Shown here piece after piece: positions 58,261 to 64,000 of a stretch of 64,000 nucleotides of DNA (its first letter is position 1; the number at the start of each line of letters is the position of its first letter). Below the pieces are notes generated by a model. The model was not told the DNA's origin, made no database searches, and was given only the letters and a program-made list of their open reading frames with translations. Source of the DNA: Eledone cirrhosa (lineage: Eukaryota); contig OZ024745.1 in NCBI GenBank assembly GCA_964016885.1, positions 71,920,001 through 71,984,000 of the forward strand, written 5' to 3'. A program made the translations under genes and the position numbers.

Positions 58261-58311
58261 AGATTCTACAGGACTAGAACTGTTTCATTCTTTAGAAATC
58301 ATCAGGAATCT
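58261..58311 (-). ncRNA. Type I hammerhead ribozyme
   Basis: Inverse of 58749-58799. Confidence 0.8.
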
Positions 58312-58748
58312 GGGTATCAAAAAATAAATATGGTATTTATAGGTCTCTACAAGTGGTAGGAGAGGGTGGGGAGTGGGATGGGTGTAGGTCATTGGTTGAT
58401 AGAAAAGGGAATTCATTAAAAGCTAATTCTACAAAGCTATAGTTTATTTTTATTAATTTTTGTTTTTAGAGTAACAAAGGCAGACAGAATTCTATAAACA
58501 GGTACCGGATGGCATACCATTCCTTGTCATTAAGTTTCTCTTAAGCTAACAGATGTCTATAAGATCAGTGGGGGGGGGGGGGGGGGTCAGTCATGGTAGA
58601 TAGAATTAAAGGAAAGGGAGATTCTTTAAAAGCTAAATTCATTAAGGTTCTACTAAGTGACAAAGGTTTAGAGAATTCTGTAGACAGATTCAAAATACTC
58701 CTACCACTTGTAGAGACCTATAAATACCATATTTATTTTTTGATACCC

Positions 58749-58799
58749 AGATTCCTGATGATTTCTAAAGAATGAAACAGTTCTAGTCCTGTAGAATCT
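58749..58799 (+). ncRNA. Type I hammerhead ribozyme
   Basis: AGATTC CTGATGA TTTC-TAAA-GAAT GAAACAG-TTCTAGTC-CTGTA GAATCT. Confidence 0.8.
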
Positions 58800-58802
58800 C
58801 AG

Positions 58803-58880
<78 letters not shown>

Positions 58881-59156
58881 ATGTATATGTATATATATAT
58901 ATGTATGTATGTATATGTATATATATATTTATATATGTATATATATACGTATATAGATGTATATATATATATATATACACACACATACACACATATATGT
59001 ATGTCTCCCCATTTCATTTTGCTCCATTCTTTTCTCATCTTCCGAAGAAGGGTGTAGCCTGGAAAGTAATAATTAAGTCATTTTCACTTCTCTAGACCGT
59101 TAAAGTAATCATTCCAATTTGCACTATACACCGTTTTGTTGGTTTTCCTCATTCGT

Positions 59157-59212
<56 letters not shown>

Positions 59213-59658
59213 TATATAAATAGAAGATTAATAGAAAGTAAAGAGTGATGAGAGGAAGAAACGGGGCCAAATGAGAAAAAATTGGGGAGAAAAAAACACA
59301 TATGCTTATTCTGTCAGCCATCATATATATATATATATATATATATTTACAAAAGACAAACAGAAATGACGAAAAAAATGACACAGTACAATGAAGAAAT
59401 ATATTAACTTTACGCTTGATATACGCTACTCCTCTATCGGAAGATAGAATGATACAGAAAAAATAAAAAGATAGATAGAGAATGGGCAGTGACAGAAATG
59501 AAAAAAAAAATGAGAAGAAAACAGGTCTATTCAAGCCGTCATCTCTTGGAACACTATGGATTCTAGCGTTTGTTATATAAGAGTATCAGTTCGTCCTTTC
59601 TTGAGAGTGTGTGGCCTTCAGACCATTTGACCTTAGGAATGTTAAAGTCTCCCAGCAG

Positions 59659-59709
59659 GGCTTCCTGATGATTTCTCCCGAATGAAACAGTTCTAGTCCT
59701 GCAGAAGCC
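59659..59709 (+). ncRNA. HHR of the 58749 family, cleavage triplet mutated to GCA
   Basis: GGCTTC CTGATGA TTTC-TCCC-GAAT GAAACAG..CTGCA GAAGCC. Confidence 0.65.
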
Positions 59710-59793
59710 ATTTCTATATCAAATATTTATACTCTGCTTTGTATTGAATACCTTACTTATTGTTGTTATCCCCGATTGAACCCGGGATGAACT

Positions 59794-59860
<67 letters not shown>

Positions 59861-59964
59861 CGGGTAAAATTTCCGAGATTTTTTTATTTCTTTTCAATGG
59901 CTGACAATACCTTACCGGCGCCACTCGAATAAGGTAGTTATTTAACCCATAAATGGAGCCCTAA

Positions 59965-60100
59965 CAGGTACTACCACCCCGGGCCAGGGCAGACCTGGGA
60001 GTCATGACAACTAAGGGGTAACTCCACATTCCCCACATCTCCTGAACTCCCGAACTGGAGCCTTGCCACTGGATGTAGTTTAATGTCATACCCAGGACAT
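59965..60100 (+). repeat. Probable interspersed repeat fragment, unclassified
   Basis: GC-rich island ending in (TA)n; resembles an abundant mollusc repeat from memory only. Confidence 0.4.
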
Positions 60101-61123
60101 ATATATATATATGAAGATGTAGTATAGTAAATTACATTGACTCCAATTCTCGATTGGTACTTAGCATACTTTAACGTGAGTTGAAAGTAGAGGGCTGTAA
60201 CTAAATATACCACTATGTATAATATCTTTGATTTATTGGGTCTGCTAATCTACCATAATTTTTATAAGATTATTTTTATAACAAATTTGAAATTTCACTG
60301 TCTTCACAATTCATTTTATCAATCTACAGAAGTACTTTAAAAAACATTCAATAATGCTAACATATGTTAGTATATGTATAGAGAGCACTGCAGCCAGTGT
60401 GATCTACCATTCACCAAGCTGGAATTTATCTCAAAGTTAAAAGTGAAAAATAGGCGGTGGCACTTTGCTTTTTGTAATAAAAATAGTTTGCTTTCGCATA
60501 GTTAGTGATAACTGAACGTGCTTTTAAAAAAAATATTCTTTACGCTGACGAATTTAGCTTTTGTTAATAAAAATAAGGTATCTATCTTTACATTGTGAGC
60601 CCGAATCCCGCCGTGTTTAAATTTGCCTTTCATCTTTTTGATCTCGATAAAATGAAGTACTATTCACGTATTAGTGATAATATAATCTAACTTCTTTTCC
60701 CCTCAATTGCTGACCTCCTGTCAAAATTACAGACAATTATTTAAGGATGGTGGATTGGCAGAACTTTAGCATTTACTTAAGACTTTCTCCACTCTGCTTT
60801 CAAATCCCACCGAAGTAAATATTGCCTTTCATCGATTAGGAATCCATGAAATATAGTAATAGTTAACTACGGGTCCAATGTAAACGCCCCCCCCCCCCCC
60901 CCCTTCACAAATTGCTAGCCTTATAAAAGTCTGGTGGATTGGCAGAATCGTTAGAACATCAACCAAAATGCTTTCTGACTCGTTGAAAGAAATCAGTTGT
61001 TTTCCGATATGGAGTCATATGGGATCCGCCATGTTTAAAATGCACATGATACGACTATGTCATGACGGAACCCTTGAGGATAATATAATCTTCATGTATA
61101 TCAATGTATTTTAAAATATAATA

Positions 61124-61303
61124 ATTGTTTCTACTTTTGGCACAAGGCCAGCAATTCACCCAGTGCATTACTGGTACTTTATTTTATCGACCCCGTAAGG
61201 ATGAAAGGCAAAGTTAACCTCGGCGGGATTTGAACTCAAAATGGCAAGGGCCGTAACTCTATGCGTCAAAGCATGGCGTCCAATCCTCTACCGATGCTGC
61301 CAT
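61124..61303 (-). mobile_element. SINE family A
   Basis: Reverse complement of 61596-61781. Confidence 0.85.
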
Positions 61304-61595
61304 AATGAATGTTAACGTCAAAGTTATATTCCAACACCAGCTTAATAATGGCAAGGTTAGCTTAATCGCTTACTGAATTAATGTGGTGTGGTAAATATAC
61401 CAGGTCCGAACACAATGGAACTAAACTCCCACTGTCACTACCTCCGTTTATCCCGCTCTCTCCATCTCCCGCTGTTATAAGCAAATTGGGACCCACTCGC
61501 TGGTCGCCTCGCGACACCATTATGACACCATCAAGAGCAAGAAGAAAACATTGACCCAACCACATGCTAAATATGTATGTTATTTAATAATATTG

Positions 61596-61781
61596 CGGTG
61601 GATTGGCAGTATCGGTAGAGGGTCGGACGCCATGCTTCCCAGCATAGTTACGTCCCTTTACGATCTGAGTTCAAATCCCGCCGAGGTTGACTTTGCCTTT
61701 CATACTTACGGGGTCGATAAAATAAAGTACCAGTAATGCACTGATTAATTGCTGGCCTTGTGCCTAAAGTAGAAACAGTTA
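61596..61781 (+). mobile_element. SINE family A, full length
   Basis: A and B boxes plus conserved body; degenerate copies also at 60590-60975. Confidence 0.85.
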
Positions 61782-62301
61782 TTTAATAATATTGCATTAT
61801 ATCTTGTAACGATTGTATGATTTACTATTGCAATAAAGAAAATAATTTCATTGTTTTCTAAAATTTTGTGTCACTATTTCGTCGTTTTTTTCTTCTAAAT
61901 AATACTTCTCTAAAAAAATAAAATTTCTTCTGCTAACATTATCTCTTCTTTCCGCCGTTTGATCTTTCTTTCTATCTTTCTACTTTATTTCTTTCTGTCT
62001 TTGTTCCTTTCTTTTGTTCCTCTCTCTCGTTATTCCTTTTACTGCCTCTGTCTCTACTGTTCTCTCTGCCCACCTCCATAGACACACTTATAGATGTCAA
62101 CTTTTTCCGTGAGAAATATCTATTTACATATGTTATTGCGAGAAAATTAGTTTCAAGTGTTCACAAAGACGTTTCACCCCCCCCCCCTATATGCATACAC
62201 TCAATCTCTCTCACACACACCACACACACACACATACACAAACACATGTATGTGTGTATGAATGTATGTATTATGTATGAATATATATATAATATGTATG
62301 C

Positions 62302-62369
<68 letters not shown>

Positions 62370-62376
62370 GGCGTGA

Positions 62377-62589
62377 AGGCGTGTGGCTGAGTGGTTAGAG
62401 AATTGGATTCGCAATCGTAAGGTTGTGAGTTCGATTCCTGGACCAGGCGATGCGTTATGTCCTTGGGCAAGACACTTTATTTCACGTTGCTCCTTCTACC
62501 TGGAGTTGCGATCGATAGATAGTATTAGCAATTGGAAAGACCAACGGAAACATTGTTCCCTCGGTCCGATTTGACGAAAGTCGATCGTT
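62377..62589 (+). mobile_element. SINE family B
   Basis: Near-identical to 42920-43131. Confidence 0.85.
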
Positions 62590-62834
62590 GAGAGAGATAT
62601 ATATATACACACATTATATTACATTATATTATGTATATATATATATATACACATTATATTATATTATGTATATATATATATATACACATTATATTATATT
62701 ATATATATATATATATTGTATATATATATTATATTATACTATGTATATATATATATTATATTATATTATGTATATATATATATATATATACATTATATTA
62801 TATTATATTATGTATATGTATATATATATATATA

Positions 62835-63598
<764 letters not shown>

Positions 63599-63745
63599 GT
63601 AACTTGAAGTTACTGTAGATTCACCCGAGTGAGCACTCGATGTTTAGGTTCACTTCAGTGTCGAGATGTAGAGCTATACAGAGTGTATTATAATTAAATA
63701 AGATAACAATAACGATTGGTTACTCCTTCATTACGTTTATTGGTT

Positions 63746-63830
63746 GGTGACGCGCGTTTCGCCACTGGCCAGCTCAAGGTTTGATCTGTATCGATCTAAC
63801 CTGACTCTGTAATCCGCGGCTCGTCAGACC
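63746..63830 (-). ncRNA. Type I hammerhead ribozyme (long stem II)
   Basis: GGT CTGACGA GCCGC...AGGTT.GATC/GATC.AACCT...GTGGC GAAA CGCGCG TC ACC. Confidence 0.8.
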
Positions 63831-64000
63831 CCTTGTAATATTAATAGAAGAATGAATACATGCTGTATGATAAAGTCAGAAGTTCCAATGGTGGTCAGTA
63901 AAGTTTGTTTTGATTGGTGGATTAGTTCATAGGGATGTTTTTGCCTATAGTCTATGTGGGGGTGGTGAAAAGTTTGTGGTGTCGTTCGCAGGTTGAAGTT

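Overview
AT-rich, microsatellite-laden eukaryotic DNA. The repeat content looks like a coleoid cephalopod (Octopus-like); this is an inference, not proof. It contains one intact host gene, a 5-exon minus-strand cyclin (367 aa, most like cyclin O) at 30738-36651. The rest is mostly mobile DNA: Helitrons, mariner/Tc1 remnants, RTE-type LINE fragments, two tRNA-derived SINE families, a MITE family and several Penelope-like element (PLE) RT/GIY-YIG remnants. The main hidden structure, found by reading by eye, is about 18 well-formed type I hammerhead ribozyme (HHR) motifs plus several variants, from about 12 unrelated sequence families. They lie in short non-coding PLE-type elements that are mostly bounded by (TA)n tracts and are often large palindromes or partial tandems. 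Many of these unrelated families also carry a shared ACTC...YGAGTRC stem-loop downstream of the ribozyme. One family appears to be a fold-back 'half-hammerhead'. Most long ORFs in the track are microsatellite artefacts.
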